A DNA stretch of 63,997 bases, filler included, from Salisapilia sapeloensis CBS 127946 (taxonomy: Eukaryota > Protista > Oomycota): NCBI GenBank assembly GCA_023334545.1. It is 12 parts of 12 records of this genome, joined end to end, with 100 filler letters (N's around TTAATTAATTAA, not from the genome) between each part and the next. Parts side by side here need not be neighbours in the genome. Positions count along the whole stretch, not along the records: positions 9,952 to 13,187 come from JAADVB010000776.1; positions 13,288 to 38,828 come from JAADVB010000248.1; 10 more parts are not named here. One strand, 5' to 3'. Of this stretch, positions 12,501 to 23,430 are shown in pieces. The stretch's first letter is position 1, and every line of letters starts with the position of its first letter. The position numbers and the translations under genes were made by a program. Under the pieces are notes generated by a model that ran no database searches, had not been told where the DNA came from, and saw only the letters and a list, made by a program, of their open reading frames with translations.

Positions 12501-13187
12501 ATGATGGAAGTGAAGGATATCGGACCGAATATGCTCAAGAAGGAGCGGCAGACTGGCGACGTGGATACCTCGGAGCTCACAAACCTACTGCAGGGTGGGG
12601 AGAAACGGAATGCTCGTCGAAAGGAGTTCCTGAGCATGCTGAAGAAGCACCCAGTACTCTCGGATCGAGACATGATGTTCCGAAACCACACGGAGCGATA
12701 CAACGTGGGTCTCAAGAAATCCTACCACTACGTTAAGTTGCTGAGGGACGAGAACATCACCGACAAGGACGAGAAGCAATTGCTCTACAGCCTCATCGGT
12801 GAACCTCTCCCCATCAGTGTCCACCGATCGATGTTCACACCGACACTCGAGAACCAAGCCAACGATGAGCAGCAGAAAAAGTGGTTACCACTCGCCCAGA
12901 ACTACAACATCCTCGGTGCATACGCCCAGACGGAGCTCGGTCACGGCTCCAACGTCCAAGGTATCGAGACCACGGCGACCTACGACAAGAAGACGCAAGA
13001 GTTTGAGATTAACTCGCCGACGCTCACAAGCCGCAAGTGGTGGCCGGGTGGACTCGGCAAAACGGACAACTACGCCATCGTCCATGCTCGTCTGTATATC
13101 GACGGCAAGGACCATGGTGTCCAGGCTTTCCTCGTCCAACTGCGATCGTTGAAAGACCACCAGCCTCTTCCTGGCATCGAAGTCGGC
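12501..13187 (+). CDS. ACOX1: Peroxisomal acyl-CoA oxidase, N-terminal part (3' truncated)
   Basis: Motifs YAQTELGHGSNVQGIETTATYD, FEINSPTLTSRKWWPGGLG and FLVQLRSLKDHQPLPGIEVG. Confidence 0.93.
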
Positions 13188-13287
13188 NNNNNNNNNNNNN
13201 NNNNNNNNNNNNNNNNNNNNNNNNNNNNNNNTTAATTAATTAANNNNNNNNNNNNNNNNNNNNNNNNNNNNNNNNNNNNNNNNNNNN

Positions 13288-13483
13288 GGTGCTTCTGGAC
13301 CCCAAGTGTCCTGCCTCCAAAGCGATGCTTCCGCAAGTGATGTCGTGGCTGTCGGACCCGACGTGTGTGTCTGACGAGGAGTCCGGTTGCTTTGCCTCCG
13401 ATACGGACACTCCGTGCCGGTTCTGTCTGACAAAGAAGGATGCAAAGTATGACTTGTACTTGTGCAAGAAGGCTGTAAAGTAG
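13288..13483 (+). CDS. 3' fragment of a Cys-rich repeat protein (5' truncated)
   Basis: Encodes DPTC..DEESGC.....CRFC......YLC, the same repeat unit as in 16115-17242. Confidence 0.6.
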
Positions 13484-13613
13484 GTCAAAATTCCCATGCA
13501 TAAACTTAAAATATATATCAAACAGTAGTGAATAATTAAACTATTCCATTTATCACAACTTCAAGAATAATATCTTGCATAAACTATTCAAGTATCAACA
13601 AAGACGCATTTCA

Positions 13614-15138
13614 ATGGCGGACAAGCGAGAGGCTCCATCGACCAGTGGGTCGACCGCTAAGAAGCGTAAGGTATCGAATGGAAAGCAGAAGAAAGAGGAA
13701 GTGCCTCTCGTCATTGACCAAGGTACTTTGCTACTTTCTATAATTCTCGATTGTTCGTATTATTCATCGACACTTGTCTCCAGTCGTGAATGCAGACGAT
13801 GTGATGGACTCTCTGGACTTGGCGTCCCGAACAGACTTGCATAGTGCTACGCAAGCCAAGATGCTGTTCGAATGGCTCATCTACCCCATCAGCATCGATG
13901 AATTCTACACCAAGTATTGGGAGAAGCGTCCACTGGCGATCAAACGTCATTTGCCAAGTTACTACCAAGGTTGGTTTAGCATCGACGAGATCGATCGCAT
14001 CCTCAAGGAGCATACGCTAGCATACGGAAGTGACATTGACCTGACCAAATACGTCGACCACACGCGTCATACGCTAAATCCTTCTGGTAACGCGACAGCC
14101 AAAGCTGTTTGGAAGCACTTTGACGACGGATGTTCCGCTCGTCTCCTGTGTCCACAAAAGTTTTCTGATTCTGTATGGAAGTTGTTATCTATCCTTGAAA
14201 ATGAATTCGGTTGTATGGCTGGTGCGAATACGTATCTAACACCGAAAGGCACACAGGGCTTTGCTCCTCACTTTGATGACATCGAAGCCTTCTTGTTGCA
14301 AGTGGAAGGCACGAAACACTGGCGCGTGTACGCTCCCTTAGACGACTCATCGACTCTACCTCGGTACCCGAGTGGAAACTTCCACCCGGATGAGATCGGA
14401 TCTCCGATTCTCGAGGTCGATCTGGAGGAAGGCGACTTGCTCTACTTTCCTCGTGGCTTCATCCACCAAGCTCGATCGTCAGAAGAGAAGCATTCGCTCC
14501 ACCTAACGGTGTCTACTGGTCAGCAGAATACGATTGGAAACTTTCTCGAGACGCTACTGCCTCAAGCAGTTGCAGGCGCTATTAACGACAACGTGGCGTT
14601 GCGACGGTCGTTGCCAAAGGACTACCTCGAGTACATGGGTGTCATGTACTCGGACGAAAGTGATGAACGTCGAGATCGTTTCCAGGAGCAGATGAAAAAG
14701 ACGCTAAAGACTGTCTTGGGGGAAGCACTCGGGATGCTGGATGCTGCGGCCGATCAAATGGCCAAGAACTTTCTAGTCGATCGTCTTCCGCCGGCGTTGG
14801 AAGAGGAAGAGGAGGACTGTACGAGCGACGGGAGTCCGCTGCTCAAGATCACAGTCGATACGCAGTTCAAGCTCGTGCGGCACAACGTTGCGCGGCTCGT
14901 GATTGAGGACGGGAAGGCCGTCGTGTACCACTGTCGCGAGAACTCTCGTTTGCACCACGAGACGCCATTAGCTCCGCTCGAGTTCGAGCTAGATGACGCC
15001 GAGAGCTTGGAGTTCATTCTCCAGAGCTACCCGGACTACTTTCGCGTCGGCGATCTTCCGCATGAAGATATGGAGGACCAGATTGAACTGTCGAGAGCAT
15101 TGTACAAGGAAGGCATTCTACTCTTCCAAAAGGCTTAA
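13614..15138 (+). CDS. RIOX1: JmjC/cupin ribosomal oxygenase NO66 (1 intron)
   Basis: ATG at 13614; GT-AG intron 13723-13783. Motifs ANTYLTPKGTQGFAPHFDDIEAFLLQVEGTKHW and LYFPRGFIHQA. Confidence 0.92.
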
Positions 15139-15165
15139 GAAAGAAAAAAGAACTCTTGTTGTTGC

Positions 15166-15982
15166 TTAGTTGGCAGACTTGATGATCGTTTCGAATTCAG
15201 GCTTGAGGGATGCACCACCGACGAGGAAGCCGTCGACGTCTTCAAGCGCTAGGAGTTCCGAGCAATTGTCACCTTTGACGGAACCGCCGTAGATGATACG
15301 CACCTTGGCACTGACATCCGATGACACGTGCTGCGTGAGCCAGTCGCGAAGGAACTTGTGCGACTCCTGCGCCTGGTCAGGCGTCGCGACGACACCCGTG
15401 CCGATGGCCCACACGGGCTCATACGCGATGACGATGCGATCCCAATCGCTTGGCGATAGAAGGTCTGCGAGTGCCTTTGTCTGGCGGTGCAGCACTTCGT
15501 TCATCTGGCCGCCGTTGCGCTGCTCAAGCGTCTCGCCGATGCAGAAGATGACACCGAGACCTTGGTCGAGAGCGCGCTTGGTCTTCTGCGCGACGATCTC
15601 GTCCGTCTCGTGGTAGTACGCACGACGCTCCGAGTGTCCGGTGATGGTGATCTTTAGACCAAAGTCCACGAGCTGCTCGGCAGCGATCTCACCGGTGTAG
15701 GCGCCAGGACCAGTGAGACTGACGTTCTGGGCGCTGACGCCAATGTCCTCCTGTAGCGAGCTCTTGACCATGCCGAGGTATAAGGCTGGGGGAGCAATCA
15801 CGACGTCCACTTTGCCCGTGTCCACCGTGACCTTGTTGAGCATAGACACGAGGTCCTGGACAGTTTGCTTCGATCCGTTCTACATTGGAGGTATCATCAG
15901 GTATAATGGCCATGGGTATGGATAAGTAAGAAGAGTATACGCATTTCCAGTTGCCACCGATGAAAGGCTTGCGCATAACCAT
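15166..15982 (-). CDS. TPI1: Triosephosphate isomerase (1 intron)
   Basis: Exon 1 MVMRKPFIGGNWKC splices to NGSKQTVQDLVSM. Motifs GHSERR, AYEPVWAIGTG, YGGSVK and GFLVGGASLK. Confidence 0.97.
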
Positions 15983-16114
15983 GTTCTCCTCCTCTCGTTT
16001 AGTTTTTTATCGAATAATGATCGGATCTGACGTACCTCCCGATCATGAAACGGTGCAAGTGCGTCGGAACTGCCTCGAGAAGTGAAACTCCTTAGCTCTC
16101 GTTAATTGAACGGC

Positions 16115-17242
16115 ATGAAGCGTTGGTTCGTGTTGATAGCTCTAGGTGCTTTGTATCGAGTAGAGAGTACATTTCATGTGAATGGCTCGACTTCCCAAGT
16201 TGCCACGTTCGATCGAGGTAGCCAAGATGTCTGCGTGCAGTATGTTCAAGTCGAGACGAATGTCACTGGGATTGCAGTGGAGGAAGATCGGTCGTGTTAC
16301 CAAGGTGGAGAGGCTTGCGCTACGAACTTGTGTCGATATTGCAAAGCGTTTGAGACGACCTCGTCGTCCAAGTTTCCGCCATGTAGAAAGGTTGAGTCGA
16401 ATGCGACGGCGAGTTACTTGACGCCGGATGCAGACGCGTGTGAGATAAAAGCGTCTTGGAGCATATACATCCAAGGTGCAGCAATCGTTTCAGACGCTAG
16501 TTGCTCCGAAGGAAAGGGGGCAGTAGGATGTCTAAATGACCGATGTCGTCTTTGCAAACACTTTGGTTCGTGGTACTCTGGCTCGTTCGTCCCTTGTAGC
16601 TCCATCCCAAGTACATTCCAAGCGTTTGACAACGATCCAGGCACTTGTTCTAGACTGTCATCTCAACCTGCTGCCGACACTGCTCAGAGTCTCGGCATAG
16701 CGCTTACAACAGACATTTCGTGTGCTGCTGGAGGCGGTGTCGGATGTCTCGATGAGAGCTGTCGATTCTGTCGACTATCAGAGGCTCCTTTGAGCAAAAC
16801 GTACATCCCATGTGACGACATATCACTATCTACCGACATACTTGCTCCACAGGTTGTTCCTGACACAAGTGCTTTACCTCGAGACCATTGCAACTTCCCG
16901 AAACTTTACGAAGCAACTAGCATTACCGGACACCTCGATCCTACTTGTGCTGAAGAAACCGAATGGGACACTTCCTGTATCTCGCTTCACTGTCGCTTGT
17001 GTCATTTGGTGCGTGACGACCAAGCAGATGATCAAGATGTCTACTTTCATCGCAAGTACATTAAACGCTGTCCATTTCACCAGACCATTGAAGATGTACA
17101 AGCCGAGCAAGTGATCCCACCGGACGCATTCCAGACGACATTTAGCATCATACTCATCTCTGCTATCATCCTCGCCACGGCCATCGTAACTGTCTTCCGA
17201 CAAGTAAATCCTCGACCGATACAAGACCGTCGAGCTGAATGA
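16115..17242 (+). CDS. Type I membrane/surface protein with four Cys-rich repeats
   Basis: Signal peptide MKRWFVLIALGAL, four units of D.SC..G.(g).GC....CR.C, a C-terminal TM helix and a short tail. Confidence 0.8.
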   Translation: MKRWFVLIALGALYRVESTFHVNGSTSQVATFDRGSQDVCVQYVQVETNVTGIAVEEDRSCYQGGEACATNLCRYCKAFETTSSSKFPPCRKVESNATASYLTPDADACEIKASWSIYIQGAAIVSDASCSEGKGAVGCLNDRCRLCKHFGSWYSGSFVPCSSIPSTFQAFDNDPGTCSRLSSQPAADTAQSLGIALTTDISCAAGGGVGCLDESCRFCRLSEAPLSKTYIPCDDISLSTDILAPQVVPDTSALPRDHCNFPKLYEATSITGHLDPTCAEETEWDTSCISLHCRLCHLVRDDQADDQDVYFHRKYIKRCPFHQTIEDVQAEQVIPPDAFQTTFSIILISAIILATAIVTVFRQVNPRPIQDRRAE

Positions 17243-17440
17243 TACTTCCATCGTAGACGTAGAAGAATACCATACATGCATACTACTACCTATGCTTCCT
17301 ACTCTACACACTACGTGGAAGGGATGCTATTACTTGTCATGTAGGGAGCACTCGATCGTTTACATCAACAAGAAAGAAGAATGAAGCTGTTGATGTATTT
17401 AACTATCATGTGCGTGCCCTCTGTACTCTTTTCCATCTGC

Positions 17441-20400
17441 CTACCTAGGCACAAGCTGCTGTGCTTGTCTCCACAGCTCTTTCAAATCCTCCACATCCAT
17501 CCCTCCCTTGACCATTTCCTTGACTTTCCTTTCCAATTCCTCCTCCTTTCGTCCACACGTCAGCAACGAGCGTTCAAACTGTTCCGACTTGCTTGCCGCC
17601 AAGTCGACAACTTCTTGTGGTAACTTGGCGAGCATCGCGACGTTGATGCCGTAGCTCTTGGGACACATGCCACTCGCTAGTTTATACAAGAAAGTGACTT
17701 GACGTTCGTTATCGGCATCCACGAGACACCCCATGTGTCCTAAGGACACATGTGCATCGGCAGCATACTCTTCCACGAGCGAATGGTAGTGCGTCGCGAA
17801 CATGGTGCGGCATCTCGTTGACCTTAAGAGGTGTTCTATGACAGCATACGCGATGGCTGTACCGTCAAACGTCGACGTGCCTCTCCCCAACTCGTCCAGG
17901 ATGACGAGCGAGTGATTCGTCGCGTGATGGAGGATGGTCGCAGTCTCCGCGAGCTCGACGTAGAGCGTACTCTGTCCCGCGAGTATTCGATCGGACGCGC
18001 CGATGCGAGTGAAGATGCGATCGACAGGACTGAGACGACATTTCTTCGCAGGGACGAAGCATCCGATCTGTGCCATAAGCGTCAGGACGCACGTTTGACG
18101 CAAGAGCGTGGACTTGCCGCCCATGTTCGGACCACTAAGCAAGAGCATGCGACCGTGGTCGTTACAAGCTACTTGCGAATCATTCGGAATGAAGTCGCCA
18201 CTGTCATAAGTGGCAGATACGCATGGATGGGTTCCTTGTTCAATATCTACAAAGGGACTGCCGTTGCTTGCGGCAGACACGACTTCTGGACGGACGTATC
18301 CGTCGCCTTGACTACTTACGATCGAAAGACTGAGGAGACAATCGAGGATGGAGATGCATTGGACGGCTGTCATCCACGTCCGATAGTCTCGATCAAACTT
18401 GTGGAAGATGCGGCGCATCTGGTCTTTCAAAGCAGCGTCTTTGCGGTCTTCAGCAGTCGAGAGACGAGAGAGCATGTCACGGATGGCAGGTGTATGGAAA
18501 CGCTTGTATCCTTTCCTCTTGGACTTGAGTTCATACTCGGATGGTTGATGGTGTTTCAACGCGCTTTCCGGGACTTCGAGTTGATACCGATCTTCCTTTT
18601 TCTTGCCCCAGTAGGAAATATTGTTTGTCTGCAGTCTCTTCTGCTGCTCTTTTAGATATGTATCTAGTTCTACTTGTATCTCTTCTAGTTCCTCTCGACT
18701 TTGATCGTACTCTTCATCGACACCATCTTGAGGGACGATGACGCCAGTGTCTTGAGCTCTTTTCCGATCGAAACTCTGGCGGAAGAAGGCGAGACGATCG
18801 GAGAGATCAGGGAATTGACCTTGGAGATCAGTTGTGGTGTCGAAAGTTAGTAGAGCGCGAAGGATGGGGGACGTAAAGGTGGCGAAACGACGAGAAAAGG
18901 TTTGTGCGAGGTCCATGGCGACTTCAAAGCCATCGAGGACTGCGACAAAGTCTCGGATCTTGCGTTTATTGTACGTCGTCGTCTCGTACATGACTGCGCG
19001 ACTGTCTGGATGTTCTTGCGAGCGATGGTTGGAGCCTAAGGCATGGATGCGAGAGAGGAGACGTTCGAGATCCGGCAGCTTCCGGAGCTTTTCACGCACT
19101 TCGTCTTGTAGATCAACTGTGGCGACGAGTTCACTGACGGCCGTGAGGCGATCGTTAATGTCTTGAGAACGACAGAGTGGTTGAAGTACCCACTGCTGGA
19201 ACATGCGCTTGCCAAAGCTCGTGACGGTCTTGTCAAGAACGTCGATGAGACTCCCTTTACGACCTCCATTCGAGTTATTACGAAGGATCTCGAGATTGTG
19301 GATCGTCTGCGAGTCCAGAACGACGAATTGTTGTTGTACTTCGTCCGCCATGGGCTTGGATAGAGCCACAGCTTCGTCTGGTGGAGTATACTTCTGGAAA
19401 TTACATAAAGAAACGAGCTCTTGGTCGATGAGACTACGACGTAGGTTCCAGACGCATCCACCAAGTGCACTAACAGCTAGTTCACATCCCTCTTTCACGG
19501 TCTTGTCTGCATCTAGGAACTGTAGGAGTTCACTCGGCCACTCGTTCTCAAAGTATCCGGCTCGAGTCATTTCATCCAGCGCTCTCGACGCGCTCCAGAA
19601 CTCTGAACCGACACGTAGTTCACCTCTCACAGCGGCAGGAGCTGCAAATTTTAGCACAGCTTTCGTTTCAGCAGATAAATTCCCTCGTTCATTCACGATT
19701 TCAACGACGCGATACTGTGCCAGGAGTGTTTTTAATCGATCACGTTGCTCGGAATCGTCGAATTCAGCTAGTTGAAAGGCACCGGTGGAGGCGTCTACGA
19801 GGCAAACACCGATGCGCACGCCATCTGTATGCATGTCTTCCTTGATGGACATGAGATGACGCGCGAGTTGCTCTTGAGAAGGCACTTGTGCGTCCAAGAA
19901 GCTGATGGTGTTTGTACCAACCGAAAGCATGGAGCAGATTTCTCGCCGGACGACTTTGGATTTTTTCGATGAAGTCGTGTTGCGTTTCTTTAGCATCTCC
20001 GGCGTCTCGGTTTGCTCTACGCGAGCGACACGATATCCTTTGCTCACAAGCTGCGCGGACATGCGCGAGTATGCAATTTCTGGAAACCCAGAGTGTGCTT
20101 TCTCGCCTTTCATATAGATGAGCGCGAGCTCCTTGAAACCAACGTCTGCGTCCATGTGGAATAATTCGTAGAATTTGCCGACTTTGAAGAATAAGATCGT
20201 GTCCATGTTGTGCTGCTTGACTTGCCACCACTGCTGCATGGCTGGCGTCTCCTTGCGAAGGAATTCTGAAGGCACGAGCAATGTGCGAGCATCATAGTCT
20301 GGAGAGGTAGGTGGATTCCCATTAATGTCCCTGCGCTTCTCGTTAAGCCACTCGAAGCTGTCATGGAGATGGCAACCGGCACCGTAGACGCCAGGCGCAG

Positions 20401-21046
20401 TGGACTCTGGCATCGCGACGTTGTCCGGACTCGACGACAGAGTCTTTTTATCGGCGGAAGGAGGCGTGAAAGAGTTGCCACGATTCTTGGAAGTGATTAC
20501 AGGCGATAGGAAGGCCTTAGGCGGCCTCTTTGCCGGCGTCACAGATGGCTTTCGACGTTTCGGCGACGGCGATTCCTCCTCCTCTTCGACTTCCTCTTCA
20601 TCATCATCCGAGCTACTGGAAGAATGCTCCTCACCGCTAAACTCAGAGTCGTTATCATTCTCCTGTGGCGCATCATCCGACTCGTCATCGCTAATCACGA
20701 TCTTATTCCTCCGCTTGGGCACAACTGCAGCTCGACGAGGTCGTTTCATGCCAAGCTCGGCCTCTTTCTCTGACATACAACTATCATTACGAACTCGTTT
20801 TTCATTCTTACTACTAGGTTCCTCCTTTTCATCTGAACTCGTGCCTAAAAAGTCTTCATGAGCTTTCCGCGCGCGTTTTGGCGGGCAAGTTGACGTTGTG
20901 GTTTTCGCGTCACGAGCGCTTATAGAAGTAGATGAAGAGGATGGGATGGATGGACGTGGCTTAGGAGAAAAGTCTAGAGGCTTATGTGGTGTCTCCTTCG
21001 GTTTGTTCCCGCCAAAGAAGCTCAGCAACGAGCTCTGCTTGGCCAT
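17441..21046 (-). CDS. MSH6: DNA mismatch repair protein MSH6
   Basis: N-terminal PIP box QSSLLSFF, FFKVGKFYELF, Walker A GPNMGGKSTLLRQ, LDELGRGTSTFDG and ATHYH. First ATG is at 21046. Confidence 0.97.
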   Translation of the reverse strand: MAKQSSLLSFFGGNKPKETPHKPLDFSPKPRPSIPSSSSTSISARDAKTTTSTCPPKRARKAHEDFLGTSSDEKEEPSSKNEKRVRNDSCMSEKEAELGMKRPRRAAVVPKRRNKIVISDDESDDAPQENDNDSEFSGEEHSSSSSDDDEEEVEEEEESPSPKRRKPSVTPAKRPPKAFLSPVITSKNRGNSFTPPSADKKTLSSSPDNVAMPESTAPGVYGAGCHLHDSFEWLNEKRRDINGNPPTSPDYDARTLLVPSEFLRKETPAMQQWWQVKQHNMDTILFFKVGKFYELFHMDADVGFKELALIYMKGEKAHSGFPEIAYSRMSAQLVSKGYRVARVEQTETPEMLKKRNTTSSKKSKVVRREICSMLSVGTNTISFLDAQVPSQEQLARHLMSIKEDMHTDGVRIGVCLVDASTGAFQLAEFDDSEQRDRLKTLLAQYRVVEIVNERGNLSAETKAVLKFAAPAAVRGELRVGSEFWSASRALDEMTRAGYFENEWPSELLQFLDADKTVKEGCELAVSALGGCVWNLRRSLIDQELVSLCNFQKYTPPDEAVALSKPMADEVQQQFVVLDSQTIHNLEILRNNSNGGRKGSLIDVLDKTVTSFGKRMFQQWVLQPLCRSQDINDRLTAVSELVATVDLQDEVREKLRKLPDLERLLSRIHALGSNHRSQEHPDSRAVMYETTTYNKRKIRDFVAVLDGFEVAMDLAQTFSRRFATFTSPILRALLTFDTTTDLQGQFPDLSDRLAFFRQSFDRKRAQDTGVIVPQDGVDEEYDQSREELEEIQVELDTYLKEQQKRLQTNNISYWGKKKEDRYQLEVPESALKHHQPSEYELKSKRKGYKRFHTPAIRDMLSRLSTAEDRKDAALKDQMRRIFHKFDRDYRTWMTAVQCISILDCLLSLSIVSSQGDGYVRPEVVSAASNGSPFVDIEQGTHPCVSATYDSGDFIPNDSQVACNDHGRMLLLSGPNMGGKSTLLRQTCVLTLMAQIGCFVPAKKCRLSPVDRIFTRIGASDRILAGQSTLYVELAETATILHHATNHSLVILDELGRGTSTFDGTAIAYAVIEHLLRSTRCRTMFATHYHSLVEEYAADAHVSLGHMGCLVDADNERQVTFLYKLASGMCPKSYGINVAMLAKLPQEVVDLAASKSEQFERSLLTCGRKEEELERKVKEMVKGGMDVEDLKELWRQAQQLVPR

Positions 21047-21115
21047 GCTCTTCCCGGCGTTTTGGAAAATGGCGCGCAAATTCGTTTTGACTTGGTTTTT
21101 GTATACGAGCGGACG

Positions 21116-21958
21116 ATGGCGATGGAGATGGACCAGGAGATGGTCGAAGCGTCTCTACGACGCGTACTACCGACGATCCGAGTGGATGAAGCAACGTTAG
21201 GGATGGTCCGGAAGCTTGTGGCGAAGGACTTGAGTGTCGATGATGATGCAGTGAAGGCATATCGATCAGTCGTGAAGGAATTCGTCACGAACCACTTGGA
21301 CTTGTGCAAGAAGACGGACGTAGAGGAGGAAGAAGCGGCGGATATTCGTGCAGCTGAAGAGGCAGAGGATAGTGGGAGTGAAGCGCAAGTGTCGGAGGAT
21401 GAGCCTGAGACGCCTGTGAAGCGTAAAAGGCGCTCGGATGCGGAGAATGGGAATGGGAAGAAGCAAAAGGTGGAGAAGACGATGGAACCCAAGGGCGTGC
21501 GTGATCTCAAGGACTTTGCACGTGCTGCAGGCATCCTTGGACCAGTTATATACAAGCAGCTCAAGGAAGCTGGTAGTGCAACAGCCAAGGAAGGTGTCTT
21601 AAGAGAAAAAATAGCGGACAAGGGTCTGTCGTTCCAGGGCAAGTACCCGACGAAAGATGAGGTGAATGAAATGAAGAGGAAGAAGGAGTTGGAGAAGGAA
21701 TTGGATGGGATGGATACGAGTAAAATTCTGTCGGATGGTCCGAGATCAAGGCGAAGATCGACGCAAAGAGCGGAATTGCTCGTCGATCCGAGCGACGAGG
21801 ATGGAACGTTCCCGGAAGAACAGGATGAGGCGGCGCAGGTGGCGGATATGGACAAGCCGATGGATGAGATCGATCAGGACGAGAATAACGATCCGGAGAG
21901 TCCGTCCGAGTCATCAGAAGCAGAGTTTAATCCGGATGACGAAAGCGATAGCGACTAA
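21116..21958 (+). CDS. HIRIP3-like acidic histone chaperone (DEK-C-like N-terminus, CHZ-like motif)
   Basis: N-terminal helical segment ATLGMVRKLVAKDL, acidic tracts, and KRKKELEKELDGMDTSKILSDGPRSRR resembling the HIRIP3/Chz motif. Confidence 0.7.
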   Translation: MAMEMDQEMVEASLRRVLPTIRVDEATLGMVRKLVAKDLSVDDDAVKAYRSVVKEFVTNHLDLCKKTDVEEEEAADIRAAEEAEDSGSEAQVSEDEPETPVKRKRRSDAENGNGKKQKVEKTMEPKGVRDLKDFARAAGILGPVIYKQLKEAGSATAKEGVLREKIADKGLSFQGKYPTKDEVNEMKRKKELEKELDGMDTSKILSDGPRSRRRSTQRAELLVDPSDEDGTFPEEQDEAAQVADMDKPMDEIDQDENNDPESPSESSEAEFNPDDESDSD

Positions 21959-22394
21959 GGGCTTAAAAACATTGGACTTTCGTACCCTTTTGTTATTCCT
22001 TGTGCTTGATGTACATGTTCGATCCTGTATTTGCCCTATGTGCAGGTGGTACGGCAGGTGCGTCCTGCGTGGTCGTCGGATCGCGTAGGATGACGGTCGC
22101 GTGTCTTATCTTCAAGTGTGCATGGCATCATGTGTACTCGTATCGGCATCTGCTCCTGTCGTTTAACTTTTACTAGGCATGTGCATGTATCTTACGTCCT
22201 AGGTAGATGCTGGTAGCATGGTAGGAAGCATGTGGAAAGGCTTTCTACGTCGATAGATTCGAGGTAGGAGATTCAAAACGTTTGGTCGAGTATAAGTAAA
22301 TGGACAGCTAGTGCAGGTGTTGGAATCTTAGGTTACTAGCTCTTCGACGCTTCAAGTCATTTACACTTTGTACGTACAGACGCGATACGAGCGG

Positions 22395-23403
22395 ATGAAG
22401 TTTGGGAAAATCTTACTCGGACATAGCTCTCAAAGTAGTCCTGAATGGGCTCCATTCTGGCTGAATTACAAGAGTCTCAAGAAACTTATTAAGCAAGTCG
22501 CACGTGTCTCGCCTCGAGAAGCGAATGCTCATCGTAATATCTGTACGTATAAATCTTTACAACGAGGTATCTTGGAAGTCTCATGTCGATATGTATAGCT
22601 GATTGTGCCCAGGAGATTGCCTTCTTCCGGTCGTTACAGGCAGAGCTGAAGAAAATTGGACTCTTCTTCTCGGCTGAAGAGAAGCGGTTTAACTTTCGAT
22701 ATCACCAACTCGCAGCGTTATTAAAAAATCTACAAGTACATTTAAATCGACCTATGTGCTAAGCAGAGTACTGACGTGTACGAGTAGAAGAAGAATGATA
22801 TTGAGGCTTTTCAAACGCGTCAGCTCCTATGTGCTGTCGTCCACTTTTATCGAGAATGCATTCGTCTAGAAAACTTTGCCGTGACCAACTACCAGGGTTT
22901 CTCGAAAGTATCTCCTTATTTGCGTTCAAAGAGAGTGGTAACTCATCAAGACATGTCGATAGATACTCAAGAAGCATGATAAGATCACGGGGTATAGCAC
23001 TCGATCCAAGTACATGCGACACAAAGTCAACCACTCGACGTTTTCCCACTATCCGCTCTTGCTCCGTATCCTCCAGAACACGGAAGACTTGTATCATGCC
23101 ATGGAAAAGGATGTGAGGATGGCATCTGCCGTCGCCAACATGAACATCGATCTCCACGCCGATGTCCAGTCGGCTCCACCGGCGAGTGCAAGTCGGCCTC
23201 TCGTTCCTCTCGCACCCAAGCCAACGGACACCTCGACAACCCCACAGGCGCTGCAGCCGATGGCATCCCCGACCATAACGCCGACGAACGTATCGCTCGA
23301 TACCGACCACCCGCCGTCTGCTCTCTGGGGCCTCGCGTCCTCCGCGACAGCCCTTCGAGACGCCAAGACCATTCAAACACTTCAAGTCATAAATAAAAAG
23401 TAA
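22395..23403 (+). CDS. SPX-domain protein (multi-exon) with a Pro/Thr/Ser-rich tail
   Basis: Exons encode MKFGK..WAPFWLNYKSLKKLIK, FFRSLQAELKKIGLFF, LENFAVTNYQGFSK and LKKHDK, all SPX hallmarks. Confidence 0.88.
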
Positions 23404-23430
23404 CTTTTGATGCAGCATGTCGTGTATTAT

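Noticed and set aside
4552-23403. Phosphate gene cluster (PiT transporter plus SPX protein)
   Set aside because: The genes are on different contigs separated by two spacers, so there is no evidence of linkage.
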